Positions 21,746 to 33,915 of a stretch of DNA of 64,000 nucleotides are shown here, piece after piece. This stretch comes from Eledone cirrhosa. Taxonomy: Eukaryota. The notes under the pieces were generated by a model. It was given only the letters and a program-made list of their open reading frames with translations, did not search any database and was not told where the DNA came from. Position 1 is the stretch's first letter, and each line of letters begins with the position of its first letter. The stretch is taken from NCBI GenBank assembly GCA_964016885.1, contig OZ024743.1, forward strand, positions 158,162,001-158,226,000, given 5' to 3'. The position numbers and the translations under genes were made by a program.

Positions 21746-24250
21746 TAGGGGGGGGGGTCGAAACACAACCATTTTTATTCTTAAAAATGGTTGTGTTTCG
21801 ACCCCCCCCCCTTTAATTCCATGGGATGCACAGAGTTTCAAATAGTATTTTAAATAAAATATATGAAAATTAGGGTAATGTGTCCCCCTGTACCTCTTGC
21901 ATACACCCTCCCCTACAATTATATACCCTAATTTTCTATATTAATCATATAATCTCTAACACAATATATACTAAATTGCTTATGGATTTGAAACATTTGA
22001 TCATATTTCACTGTTGAAACCATGTTTAAAAGATCTGATGAGTAAAGATAGCAAAAGCATTCAGATATAAGACAATTGGTAGGTAGGTACCCCTCCAACA
22101 TGATAAAATTACAACTTTTCAATATGTGTTAAATTAATTATTTTTTAGAAAATGTTTACATTTGTTAAATGATTTTCTTTTGTTTTTCAGATTATTTCAG
22201 AGCTAAATTGTATTATAATTTTACAAAAATATCTACATAAATTTAAACTGTAATAATTTAAGTATATAAAATTATATAATTGTTTCTATATTTGGCACAA
22301 GGCCAGCAATTACCCAGTACATTACTGGTACTTTATTTTATCGACCCCGTAAGGATGAAAGGCAAAGTTAACCTTGGTGGGATTTGAACTCAGATCGTAA
22401 ACGGACGTAACTACACTGGAAAGCATGCCCAACCCTCTACCGGTACTGCCAATTCACCAATGGCAACTAGAAATAAAATCTGTAATTCAGCATTTGGATT
22501 TCCTGCAGAATTTCCTACAGCAATGACCCCATCAAAGGCTGATGTATTCCAACATTATTTATACATAAGAAAACGTGAGGAACAGATATCAAAAACATCA
22601 CCCACAGTGAAAGAATGCTATATAGATTGTTGCTGCAGATGTGCAAACAATATGGACAAATTTTCTTTTCCTTATATTGGGTTTGAGGGAATAGATCTAA
22701 AAATTGAGAGATTGGTTGAATCTGCTTATAAATTAAACAAAATACCTATCAAGCAAAGAGGAGATAGTTTTGATAAGAAATTAGAGGAGTTCAATGAAAT
22801 GTTTGTATATGCACCTGCACGTGTTATGACAAACAAATAAAAAGATCTCGCTGTAGGTGTGACATAAAAATACTAATAATGGAATGAGAACCATTTGTTA
22901 GACAGAAAAAAAGATTTAATCAGTTAGGGCTTGTAGATAGAAAAATAACTTCAGGTAGAAAAAGAATTGCAGAAAGAGCACAACGATTTGAAAATGGGAA
23001 GGCAAAAATGCGCTTAGACATGGACGTTGCTTCAATTAGTTATCAGTTCCATAAGAAGTTATTGACACTTTAAGCTCAGATCAAAAATATCTGTATGAAA
23101 TGTGCCTCAGTATTGAGACAGGGTTTGTTTCTGAGCAGTTAGCAGCAAGATCACCTGGTAAAATCCATCATGCAAGGTGGTTAACACGTGCAAACAGAAT
23201 TCTTCACTTATATGTTTTGGAAAAAAAATCCCCAAAAGAATATTATGAATCTTGTTAAAATCATAATGCAAGTTTATGCTCCAAGCTGGTTCTGGATTAA
23301 ATATCACCGAAAGTTACATGAAGGAGCAAGTAATTTTTGGTATATGGCACATCTAATGCAAGATATGAACCAAGATCATAAAGAAGTTATGGAAAAATCG
23401 TTAAAAACTAATTCGTATTTTGCCCATCTGGAGAATATTTTACTGACTATGCTGAATGATGGAAGACAAATTAAGGAAGTAGCAATTCAGTGAATTATTA
23501 AAGCAAGAACTTTTCCCCGAATGCCCCATGAAGAATCAAGAAATTTCAAACTACCAAGCAAATTTAATTTTGAAGCACAGGATTATGTTGATTTGATTAA
23601 CTGGGAAAAGGAAGTTATAACATCCCTCCAGTTTTACGGAACTTTACAAATGCTCGTTCAGGACCATTAAGAGCAATACCCTTCACTGTCATAGCCATGG
23701 AGTCGAGCATGCTTTCAATTTAGTGACAAAAGCTTCTGAAGTCAGAATAGGCTACGAAAATAGGCACAAATTCATATTAAATGTACAAAAATCAAGACAA
23801 AGTTTACCTCACTTTGACTGGAAAAGACAATGGTCATTTAATTAAATAGTAAATTCTATTAATGCTTATTTTATGGTGTTCACTGTTCATGTATTTTGTT
23901 TGAGGTTCGTGCATAGTTTTTTTATTGCACATCATAATAGACATTGAGAATTTACATTATTTATACGTTGAAAGTGCTTTTCTTAATATAAGCTTTTTTT
24001 ATAACTGTTTTTTTTTCAGGGCAGGGGGCATATAATTTATAAAAAGTTATATAGGTAATATTTAACCAACACAAAGTTAATAGCACTAAAACAAGTTTAC
24101 AGTTCCTTAAATTTCCAGTATTCAAAATGCAGAATTAGGGTTGGGGTGAGGGCTATGCGATGGGTAGGGATGATTGCATACTTTAAAAATGTTTTTAATT
24201 TATTTCTCACACCAAAATGAACACCAAGCAGTATGTGGAATCTGAATATG
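21746..24250 (+). mobile_element. Decayed DNA transposon, hAT (hATm-like), nested in an RTE 3' tail
   Basis: Starts TAGGGG. Broken ORFs 22460-23840 contain PGKIHHARWLTRANRILHLY, WFWIK, LENILLTML and NFEAQDYVDLINW. The RTE tail stops at 21745 and resumes at about 24255. Confidence 0.6.
22281..22458 (-). mobile_element. SINE family 1 inserted in the DNA transposon
   Basis: Core and tail match family 1. Confidence 0.85.
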
Positions 24251-24439
24251 TTTTGTTCACAGTGTAAGGGTGGTGTGGGCAGGAGTGGGTGGATGGGCAT
24301 ATAGTGGTTAGGAAGTGCCTACTAGGTGTACGCTTGAATCTGTGCACATGGAAAGGTGAGTCTTCTGATTTACTATATAATGCCAAAGATTTCGATCCTG
24401 TGTCATTGTCTTTGAAAGGTTCAGTTGTACAAGGACAGC

Positions 24440-25330
24440 TTTTACATAGGTGTAAATATTTTTCTTACTTCCTACTCTTGAACATCCAATGTAAAGCTGA
24501 CCATGGGTGAAGTGGGGCTCTCCAAGCTGTAAACCAGCAATTGAAAAGATTTGCCCTTGAGATTTGTTGATGGTCTTGGCAAAACTAAAACTCACAGGAA
24601 ATAGATGTCATTTGAATTCAAATGGGGCATCAGTGGTAAGCAGAGCAATTCTTGGGATAAACTCATCCTCTCGCTTACCTGTATATCCTGTTGAAATGGT
24701 GACTTAAATCATGTGTGGATAATTTTTTACTCAACCAATCGAGTGCTGTTGCATAGACTAGGTGGGTCTAAATTCCTCATTAAAATGATGGGTGCTCTCT
24801 CTTTAAAGTCAAGGACATATGGAGGCATTCCTGACGGTTCTAAACAGTTGAAGAACTCTGTTGGATAATTGACAGCTTCTGACTGTTCCACCACAGTGTC
24901 AATAAAGCTTTGAAACCCCTGGAATTCTTTTTAACAGCTTTTGTTTTGTCAATTTCACTGTCATATTTTTCAGGGGAATATAGTCCTTTTACTGAGCCAC
25001 TTGTGACGTGTGAACAGTTCCTCAACATTAGGGATCACTGAGATCTGGTATGGATTCTACTTATCATGCCTATGGGACTTATATCAATAGCTCCCTTACT
25101 ATCAACAGAAAGTCTTCCATCACCAAGCATTAAGAGATGTTGTGCAAAGTTCCTCTCCACTGAGATATGTTTGTCACCACCAAGATATGCCCTTATGTTT
25201 GTAGAGAGCTTGAAAACTTCAATTAAAATCCAGTGTCAAGCTTTTCAAATATGCTCTGATTTCATCAGTTCTAGTAGTCTGTTGTTGCCAGGCAATTTTC
25301 ACCATAGAAGGCCTTTCAATTTTTTTTATT
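24440..25330 (-). pseudogene. Helitron RepHel PIF1-type helicase fragment
   Basis: FAKTINKSQGQ..GLQLGEPHFTHGQLYIGCSRVG. Upstream remnants include RNLDPPSLCN and FAQHLLMLGDG. Confidence 0.85.
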
Positions 25331-25989
25331 TCATGTCTGACCATGCCTCTTCTATGCCTCATCCCTGGTGAATCATCAATCATCCCTAAGGTGGTTTCTA
25401 TGGAAAGTGGACAGGAGCAATGCGAAATTAAGTATCTTGCTCAAGGACACAATACGCTGCCAGGAATAAAACTCACAACCTTATGATCATGAGCCGAATA
25501 CTCTAACAACTAAGTCACGTTGTGATGAAAAGTCATACATATATTAACAATATGAAATCGAAAGATAGACAGAAGAAAAGAATGTTTCAACAGACAATGA
25601 AAACAGCACACCACCAGTAGTAGTTCCCTGAACTTTCTCCATTCCATTCTTGCTCTGGCTACTGTACTTTTGGAACACCCTCCACTGCTGATTTTGTCAC
25701 CCAGGTAATGGAAACTGTTAACTATTTCTATAGAACCAGTTAGGCATTTGAAGTAGCTAGTATCCTGTGAGCATTTGCTACTTACTGCACTTGCACATCA
25801 GCCATATATAAAACCTGCATTCTTTGATAGCCTGCCTGTGATTCTGCTACTTCTTTTATGTACCCATAGCTTGCATTTCTGACCTAGAATGGAATTGCTA
25901 CCTACTCCTTTCCTGCACACCGAGCAAGACCATTTCCCAGCGGGAATCTAGGCCCTATTTTCCTTTCTACTTACTAGGAATTTAGTCTT

Positions 25990-27060
25990 TGACAAGTTAA
26001 CATTAAGACCTTTTTATTTTAGGCCATGCTTTTAAGTTTGGAATTTCTTCTCTGATTCTATCATAGATTCAGCTATGAGGGTTAGATCATCTGCATACAG
26101 AAGTTCACATAGGCAGCCAGTCTTAAACTTTTCTGTTATAGCCTGTAAGGCAATAATAAATAGGAGAGGGCTAAGGATGGAGCCCTGATGAACACCTACC
26201 AGTATGCTAAATTTTCCATTCTAGTCATTGTTAATCCTAACCTTGTTGACTGTTCCTCAATGCATTGTTTGTACAGCTTTCACAAGCCACTCATCTACTC
26301 CTAGTTTTCTAAGACTCCACCAGATAATGGAATGGGGGACTCTGTCAATGGCTTTCTCCAAGTCAACAAAAGCTAAGTAGAGGATTTACTTTCAGCTAGA
26401 TACTTCTGCAGTTGACTCACAAAGAAGAGAGCATCCGTAGTATATTTACCTGGTACAAATTCAAACTGCATTTCATTCAGCTTAATTCAGTTCCTAATCA
26501 GCTGTGCGATAACTCTTTCTGTGACCTTCATGACCTTGTCAACTAACAATGCCTCTATAGTTTTCTGTCTCGAGCATCTCCTTTGTCCTTGTAGCAGTTG
26601 ACGATGATGCTGCTATGCCAGTTATTGGGTATGACCCCCATTTTGTATTACTTGGTTTACAATACAGGTGACTATGGTGTCTTCCACCATCCCAGGCGTT
26701 TTCATCATCTTAGTAACTATCCCCGAAGGTCCAGCTGCCTTGCCTATCTTTATGTGTTTGATTGCCTTACTTACACATTTTGCACATTTGCACATATGCA
26801 CATATCTTGCACATTTGCACATATGTCTGTGTAAACTTGTCTTGTACATCACCTTTCTTTATTTACTCTTCTGGTCATTTTGTGTGCCAACACACTTCTC
26901 CTTGTCCTCCTATTCTTTCGATCTTTTCTATATTTTATCTGCCTGTCACACACCTAGTGAATTGTCTCTCGGTTGACCACTGACTGCTGGTCTCTGTCCT
27001 CTGAGGCACTTTTACCCATCGCTATCTTGGACAGTATTTAGATGTTTTAACAGCTGTTCT
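25990..27060 (-). mobile_element. RTE-type LINE, decayed RT N-terminal region
   Basis: Contains KIGKAAGPSG, DLEKAIDRV, GVHQGSILSPLLF and LYADDL. Confidence 0.85.
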
Positions 27061-27155
27061 AGCGATGAGTTTTCTCATTTTTATATGTATATATATATAT
27101 ACACACATGTGTGTGTGTGTGTTGTGTGTGTGTGCGTGTGCGTGTGTGTGTGTGT

Positions 27156-27192
<37 letters not shown>

Positions 27193-27696
27193 CATACCAT
27201 CACATGGATGTTGTTATGTATACATATAACATGCATGCCCATAAATGCAAAAGATAGAAAAAAAGAAATCTGCACACATATACACACATGTGCACTACAT
27301 ATAGATATATTAAGTTTGTAAACAAACTGTCAACCATATGTTAAATAAACCAGTTTAGCCTTGCCACAAAACTTATATGTTTATTATTTAACATAGTTGT
27401 AATTGTGTTTATAAATTTAATCCTAAATATAGTCTCAAGCAGGCACTTTATTTAGCATTATATCCATGTGCATATAAACAGAAAAGATAATTCTTTCTCA
27501 TACGATATTTGTATACATGCACATACATGTATACACACAGGCTTACTAATGAATCTGCATGATGTATAGGCTAAAAATATGCATATATGCATCTGTTTAT
27601 ATTCTTATCTATAGATACACATTAATTCAGAGACATTCATATATAAATGAAATAAAATGAGCTGAAAAACAAAAAATTCTGATAATGATAATGATA

Positions 27697-28010
27697 TCAT
27701 CATCATCATCATCATTTTACGTCCGCTTTTCCCTGCTTGCAAGGGTAGGAAGGGAACTGGGTTGATTTCTACAGTTGGATGCCTTTCCTAACAGTGAGTG
27801 CTGGGTGCTTTTTTGCTGTGGCACCTCCACGACCACCTTGCAGTGGAATGATAGGGACCCCAGTCCCTATCATCTCATTTCTACAGCTGAGTAAACTGGA
27901 GTAATGTGAAATAAAGTGTTTTGCTCAAGGAAACAACACATCACCGAGTCTGAGAATTGAACTCACGACCTTTCGATTGCAAGGCCAATGATCTAACCAC
28001 TAAGCCATGT
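27697..28010 (-). mobile_element. SINE family 2
   Basis: Reverse complement of 39572-39905. Confidence 0.85.
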
Positions 28011-28077
28011 ATATATGTAACACAAACTTCAAAAAACCCAACAACCACCTGATCATCCTATAGATCAAGGGAGCATT

Positions 28078-28550
28078 CAAGTCAGATAGATTTTATCCTT
28101 ATCAGAGGATGAGATAGATAGACGGTTGAAAACACAAAAGCCTTCCCTGGTGAGGAATGTACCTCCCAACATAACTGTCAGCGACCTCATTGTCAGAATA
28201 AGAGGAACTTGGAAACTGAAGGCAACATGGAGAAGAATGATGTGGAAGCTGAAAGATCCCTCGGCCAGTAACAGATTTAAAGACCGAGACCTCTGGTGAC
28301 ATGTAGTAATACAGAAGACCCAACTTCCCACAGGTACAAGCTGAAGCTGAAGCATATAGACAGTATGCCCCACCCCACTCCCACTGTAAATGAGGTTGGT
28401 GTTAGGAAGGCATCCAGCTGTAGAAATCAAGCCAAGATCAGTCCTGTATGAGCAAGACATGGTCACCTGACCTGGCATTGCCCACAACAGGACAACCCAT
28501 CTAACCCATGCTAGCGTGGAAGTATGGACGTAAAGCGGTGATGATGATAT
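28078..28550 (+). mobile_element. Internally deleted RTE (upstream coding piece joined to the 3' end and tail)
   Basis: WKLKDP-like segment fused to gaccgagacctctgg.. and the family 3' UTR with (GAT)n. Confidence 0.65.
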
Positions 28551-28819
28551 ATATATATATATATATATATGTATATTTAAATGAAAGTACAGTATATTCG
28601 AAGTTCGAGCAGCAGCTAAGCCAACGAATGCCTTCAGCAGTGCAGCCAAGCACTCGACAAGGTATAGACCTCAGAGTAATAACATACAGTTTAAAGGACT
28701 TTGCAAATTGAAGATAGCGACCGCTAATTCAGCCGCATGATCTGTAACAACGAAAGAACTGACAAGTGAGAAATAATACATACACACAGATACATACATA
28801 TATATATACATATATATGC

Positions 28820-28850
<31 letters not shown>

Positions 28851-29045
28851 TTCAGGTTTGAGGTTTACCACTGGATAGAGCTGGTCAATTCCGTATGGTC
28901 AATCTTAATGTAATAATATGGAGAGTACTCAACGTAAAGCAGTTCAACCGTCTTTGTTTTTGTAGTTGGTGGTGCTAGTACGGAGTTAAATATTATAATG
29001 AAATGACAGGAGGCTGGACTTGTGTAAATCCTTGAAAGGTTTATT

Positions 29046-29103
29046 ATACTATGATCATTTCAATGACCGGGTTCCGTATGAATCCGGTGATATCATCAGG
29101 TAT
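29046..29103 (-). ncRNA. Type I hammerhead (family F, left arm)
   Basis: ATAC-CTGATGA-tatc ACCGGATTC..GAACCCGGT catt-GAAA-TGATCA-TA-GTAT. Confidence 0.82.
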
Positions 29104-29269
29104 TCGAAATATAATAAGTGAATGTAATAGATAAAATCCATGGGGCTGAAAATCAAAGACCCGAGGACGACCACCATCCAGCATCTTCCACCTTTGCCGG
29201 TCGCCCTCAAGTGACGTGGCTAAAGCTTACAGTGTGCTACTACCGGTCAAATAAAGGAAAACATTTTGA

Positions 29270-29327
29270 ATACCTGATGATATCACCGGATTCATACGGA
29301 ACCCGGTCATTGAAATGACCATAGTAT
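29270..29327 (+). ncRNA. Type I hammerhead (family F, right arm)
   Basis: Same fold as the left arm; stem III is TGACCA. Confidence 0.78.
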
Positions 29328-29378
29328 AATAAACCTTTCAAGGATTTACACAAGTCCAGCCTCCTGTCATTTCATTAT

Positions 29379-29484
29379 CCCGCCGAGGTTAACTTTGACT
29401 TTCATCCTTACGGGGTCGATAAAATAAAGTACCAGTAATGAACTGGGTAATTGCTGGCCTTGTGCCTAAAGTAGAAACAATTAT
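29379..29484 (+). mobile_element. SINE family 1 3' fragment
   Basis: Core and tail match family 1. Confidence 0.85.
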
Positions 29485-29514
29485 AATATATATACATATA
29501 TATATATATATTAT

Positions 29515-29933
29515 TATCACTACAATTTTACATCTGCTTTTCCACGATTTCATGAGTTGAAGGTGTCTTTTTCAACGCAGCATCACTCCACTCATCATGT
29601 TATTTCTTTATCTCCTCTGTCAGTTTCAGCAATTTGAGATCAGATGTCACCATTTCCACCCATGGTCTTCCTCTACTGCAACTTCCTTCCACTAATATTT
29701 CTTGACACTCCTTCATCCACCAATCATCCTCGACATGCATCACATGTCTATACCAGTGAAGTCTTTTATCTTACACACTACATCTGATTTTTCTTATATC
29801 TATGTTTTCTCTTAGTTCATCCATGCTTCGTCCTTCATGCACATTAACATTGCACATCCACTGAAGAAAATTTGCTTCATTTCTTTCCAGCTTTTGCATA
29901 TCCTCTGTCTTCATTGCCCATGTCACGTTACTG

Positions 29934-29967
<34 letters not shown>

Positions 29968-30420
29968 TTAATGTCCACTTTCCCTGCTAACAAGGGTTGG
30001 ACAGCTCAACATAAACCAAATCACTACAGGATCAAGATCTTTGGCATTATGCAGTAATACAGAACACCCGCCTTCCCATATGCAAAGCCTGAAGTATACC
30101 TCTAGTATGCACCTCTTAACTACTATCCTCCCTCCCCTTCCATACATCTCCCATGCCCTAACCCCCCCCCCCATATGATCACATCACCTTTCTCCCATGC
30201 TTTACACCCCTGTCCCAGTCCAAACTGTAAAGTGGTCATGTTGGTATCACAACAAAAATCACCCACACCACAATGCAAAGTGATCATGCAAATGTCATGA
30301 AAAAAGTACACGGCATAAATTGTAAATATGGTTGGTGTTAGGAAGGGCATCCAGCAGTAGAAACCAAGCCAGAAACAGTTCTGTATGAGCAAGATACAGT
30401 CACCTGACCCAATTTGCCTT
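29515..30420. mobile_element. RTE 3' fragments in both orientations
   Basis: Minus strand WYRHVMHV..WMKEC at 29640-29930; plus-strand 3' UTR at about 30020-30420. Confidence 0.7.
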
Positions 30421-30469
30421 TAAGAGCAGAGCAAAATGGTTTAAAGAAACATTTTGATACTGAACATAA

Positions 30470-30660
30470 TTGTTTCTACTTTTGGCACAAGGCCAGCAAT
30501 TAACCAGTACCTAACTGGTACTTTATTTTATCGACCCCGTAAGGATGAAAGGCAAAGTTAACCTCGGCGCGATTTGAACTCAGAATGGCAAGGGGCGTAA
30601 CTCTATGCGTCAAAGCATGGCGTCCGACCCTTTACCGATACTGCCAATCCACTGCCCTCA
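30470..30660 (-). mobile_element. Full-length SINE family 1 with TSD ttgatactgaacataat
   Basis: The TSD is present at about 30454 and 30661. Confidence 0.88.
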
Positions 30661-31546
30661 TTGATACTGAACATAATGTTATCTAATGTTTTTCTGTTAC
30701 TGTTTTGTTTTTTAAATATAGTCAAGTGATTTGAAATATTATTTTGAAACCAAATTATTTTCAGGAAATTGATCTATGACTACACTATTCAGTGGGTCCA
30801 TCTGTTTTAAGATGATAAGGTGTTATTTGATAGGAATTTGAGTGCTATTTCTAGCAAGCTGAGAAACGCTATCATTTAGTGATGGTAGTGATGATATTGA
30901 AACTTGATTGGTGTTGTTGCTAGTAATATTATTATTTAACCCCAGGTCAATCCTGTTCAAGCATTCAAGGCATTAAAAACATTCCAGCCATAACCATCTT
31001 TTTCCTATGTACAAAAACGTTCGATCACATTATTTAACATGTCTTTTTCTAAGATGATGGCTATTACTGCTACTATGTCTCTGGTTGTTGTTAACTAGGC
31101 ACAAGTCACAACTGATAGAGCAAACTTATGTTCAATATTATTCCAGCTATGACCAACACATCCTCTGTTATTGTTTGTATTTTTTTGATAATTTTTCCTG
31201 ACAGAGTATGTTTGGACGATATTATCCAATGTGACTTTCATTTTTTATTTAAGATGGTACAGTGTAATTTGAGGGGAATTTAGCTGCTGTTTCTAGTAGA
31301 GCAAGCAACCATATTGAGGTTCCCTTATTAGCTCACCATTGTTGGGAAGACTGAGCATATAATATTTTTTTAAATTTACGACTGTTGATAGTAGTGCAGG
31401 TGTTCTATGGGGGGGGGGGGGGGCTGTAGCTCCCTACCACTCCTTAACCTAGCACATCTAAAGTGGTGGTGCTTGTAGTGGCATGTGGTTGATGTGTCAA
31501 TAAACCTTACCCAATAGTAAATATGATCCTGTTGTCCTGTTGCTAC

Positions 31547-31589
<43 letters not shown>

Positions 31590-31779
31590 CACTCTCTCTC
31601 TCTCTCTCTCTCATGTTATTATTCTTATCTTCTGGCTTATGTTTTTTTCATTCTAAGTTCAAATCCAGTCAATGTCGACTTCCAAGTGTCTATAAAATAA
31701 AGTACCAGTCAAGTACTGGGGTTATTATAATTTACTTTCTCTCCCCCTAAATTGCTGCCCTTGTGCCTAAATTTGAAAC

Positions 31780-31825
31780 CACCATCACCACCATCATCAT
31801 CATCATCCTCATCATCATCATCCAT

Positions 31826-31892
<67 letters not shown>

Positions 31893-32160
31893 TGGTAATG
31901 ATCCTCACCCAACACCATTGAAGCAATAAATAAATATTATTGTTGGTGTTGCACTTGTAGTTGTGGTTGTTCTTCTTCTTATTATTATTATTAGTAGTAG
32001 TAGTAGTAGCAGCAGCAGCAGCAGCAGTAGCAGTAGTAGTAGTAGTAGTAGTAGTACAACTATTACTACTACTACTACTACTATAATTATTATTACTACT
32101 ACTACTACTACTACTACTATTGCTACTACTACTATTACAACTACTACTATTACTACTAAG
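31780..32160. repeat. Compound trinucleotide microsatellites (CAT, GCA, GTA, ACT)
   Basis: Read directly from the sequence. Confidence 0.9.
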
Positions 32161-32164
32161 AATA

Positions 32165-32416
32165 TTATTGCCATGATATAGGTTGAGCCAGTTTCGGCTT
32201 CTTAATCACCACCGTGTCTTTCCGATGGCTGACAGAGTGTATGAGCAGGTTAGAACTTGCAAAACATTTCTGGACTGTGTCTAATAGAAATGAATGAAAA
32301 ACAATTAATGTGAATGTAGCCACCATTCTCTCAAACGTGTTTCACCAAATCCCAGTGTTGTTGTTTCCAGTGAAATAGCTATTTAAAAGAAACGACTTAC
32401 CTTTCGATGTCTTCAT
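32165..32416 (-). CDS. Candidate two-exon small ORF or terminal exon of an unknown gene
   Basis: Donor AAG|GTAAGT at 32401/32400, 120-nt intron, acceptor tttctattAG at 32281. The exon reads DTVQKCFASSNLLIHSVSHRKDTVVIKKPKLAQPISWQ*. Confidence 0.3.
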
Positions 32417-33300
32417 AGATTAAACACCAATATTTCAGTTGTTCTATAATAGAATTCTTTCACATGGAGATATTAGACTACAGAACAGTCATGCCACATT
32501 GGGTTATATGAGTACTATATATTTCAGTTGATTATAGTAAGTAGTGAAATCTTTTCTACATAGAAGTTTATGTACACATCTAAATCTATATCTATGTGTG
32601 CATATATGTGCATGTGTGTGTGAGTGTGTGTGTGTGTGTGAGTGTGTGTTTGAGTGTGTGTGTGTGTGTGTGAGAGAGAGAGTGTGTGTGTGTTTGGTTT
32701 GTTGATGTGTGTAAATACATCATAATCATCATTATCATCATTTTTTTGTCTGTTTTCCAAGTTGGCATGAGTTGGATGGGTCATCAGGATCCAAGAGAGG
32801 ACAGGTTCGATAACCACATCTTGCTCATACATTCCATAATATATGTGTATATATATATTAGACTATAGTTCATATTGAAACAGCATTGATGCCTCTAACT
32901 TTAAGATTAAAAAGCTTCCTCTTGCTCAAATGTTCTAAAATTAGATTTACATATGTACTGCTTGATTAATATAAGGCTTCATATATCTGAAAATTTTGTC
33001 GGTGGCACTTTAGTTAAATTGGTTAGCACGGGAAATGGTATATTGCAGGTGTTGGATAAAATACCACAGGTCGTGCTGCACAAACTTTTTCCATTGTCAG
33101 GGTTTATATGCCAAACTTAGACTATTTTTCATAGTCAACAACGTTGATGCTTCTAACTTTCAAATTTAAAAACTTCCTATCATTCAATGGTTCTAAAAAA
33201 ATAGATTATTTTCATGCATAAATATGTAGAAACATTCATTTTCCTTTTCCAACAAACATGAAACTAATAAGACTTTGTGTTATATATATATATATATATA

Positions 33301-33496
33301 TAATAGGAACCAGTAAGGCCCCGACGGCTGAGCTCAAGCCGTTTCGACGGCTAAATCTGGACTAATTAGCCGTCGAAACGGCTTGAGCTCAGCCGTCGGG
33401 GTCTTACTGGTTCCTATTACCCACTCTACTACCCCAAGTATTGAGTACTTTGGTGCGTTATGGTCCACCTGGTTCCTTACCACATTTCCTTCATTA
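33301..33496 (+). mobile_element. Family E element with a 54-bp fold-back
   Basis: 33301-33354 pairs with 33366-33419. Contains GAAA-CGGCT..AGCCG-TC and is flanked by (TA)n on both sides. Confidence 0.8.
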
Positions 33497-33659
33497 TATA
33501 TATATATATATATATATGTAGGGTAGCAACATAAATAGATAAGGTTAACTTTGCCTTTCATCCTTACGAGGTCGATAAAATAGAGTACCAGTGGTGCACT
33601 GGGGTAATCGCTGGCGTTGTGCCAAAAGTAGAAACTCTATAATATTAAATATATATATC

Positions 33660-33915
33660 TGTGGAGGCATGTGGCCTAGTGGTAAGGGTGTTGAACATAT
33701 GATCATAATGTCGTGGGTTCAATTCCTGGGTTGCGTGTTGTGTTCTTGAGCAAAACACTTCATTTCATGTTGCTCCAGTATACTCAGCTGAAAATGGGGG
33801 TTTAACCCTGCAATGGACTGGTGTTCTGTCCAGGGGGAGTCTTGTATTCTCAGTCACTTGAGAAACTGGAGTAAGCACCGGCCAAATGAGCCTTCTGGCT
33901 TAAGACAGACTTTAG
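33660..33915 (+). mobile_element. tRNA-derived SINE related to family 2
   Basis: Contains tggcctagtggtaag, gggttcaattcc and tcttgagcaaaacactt. Confidence 0.75.

Larger units (their letters stand above)
28850..29378. mobile_element. Family F non-coding element: inverted arms of about 116 bp, each with a hammerhead
   Basis: 28995-29110 is the reverse complement of 29263-29378 with about 2 mismatches. Bounded by (TA)n and a SINE. Confidence 0.8.

Noticed and set aside
22030-22070. CTGATGA at 22034 (also 3073, 26184, 37080, 48210, 54131 and 55566)
   Set aside because: No GAAA/stem III/stem I pairing follows.
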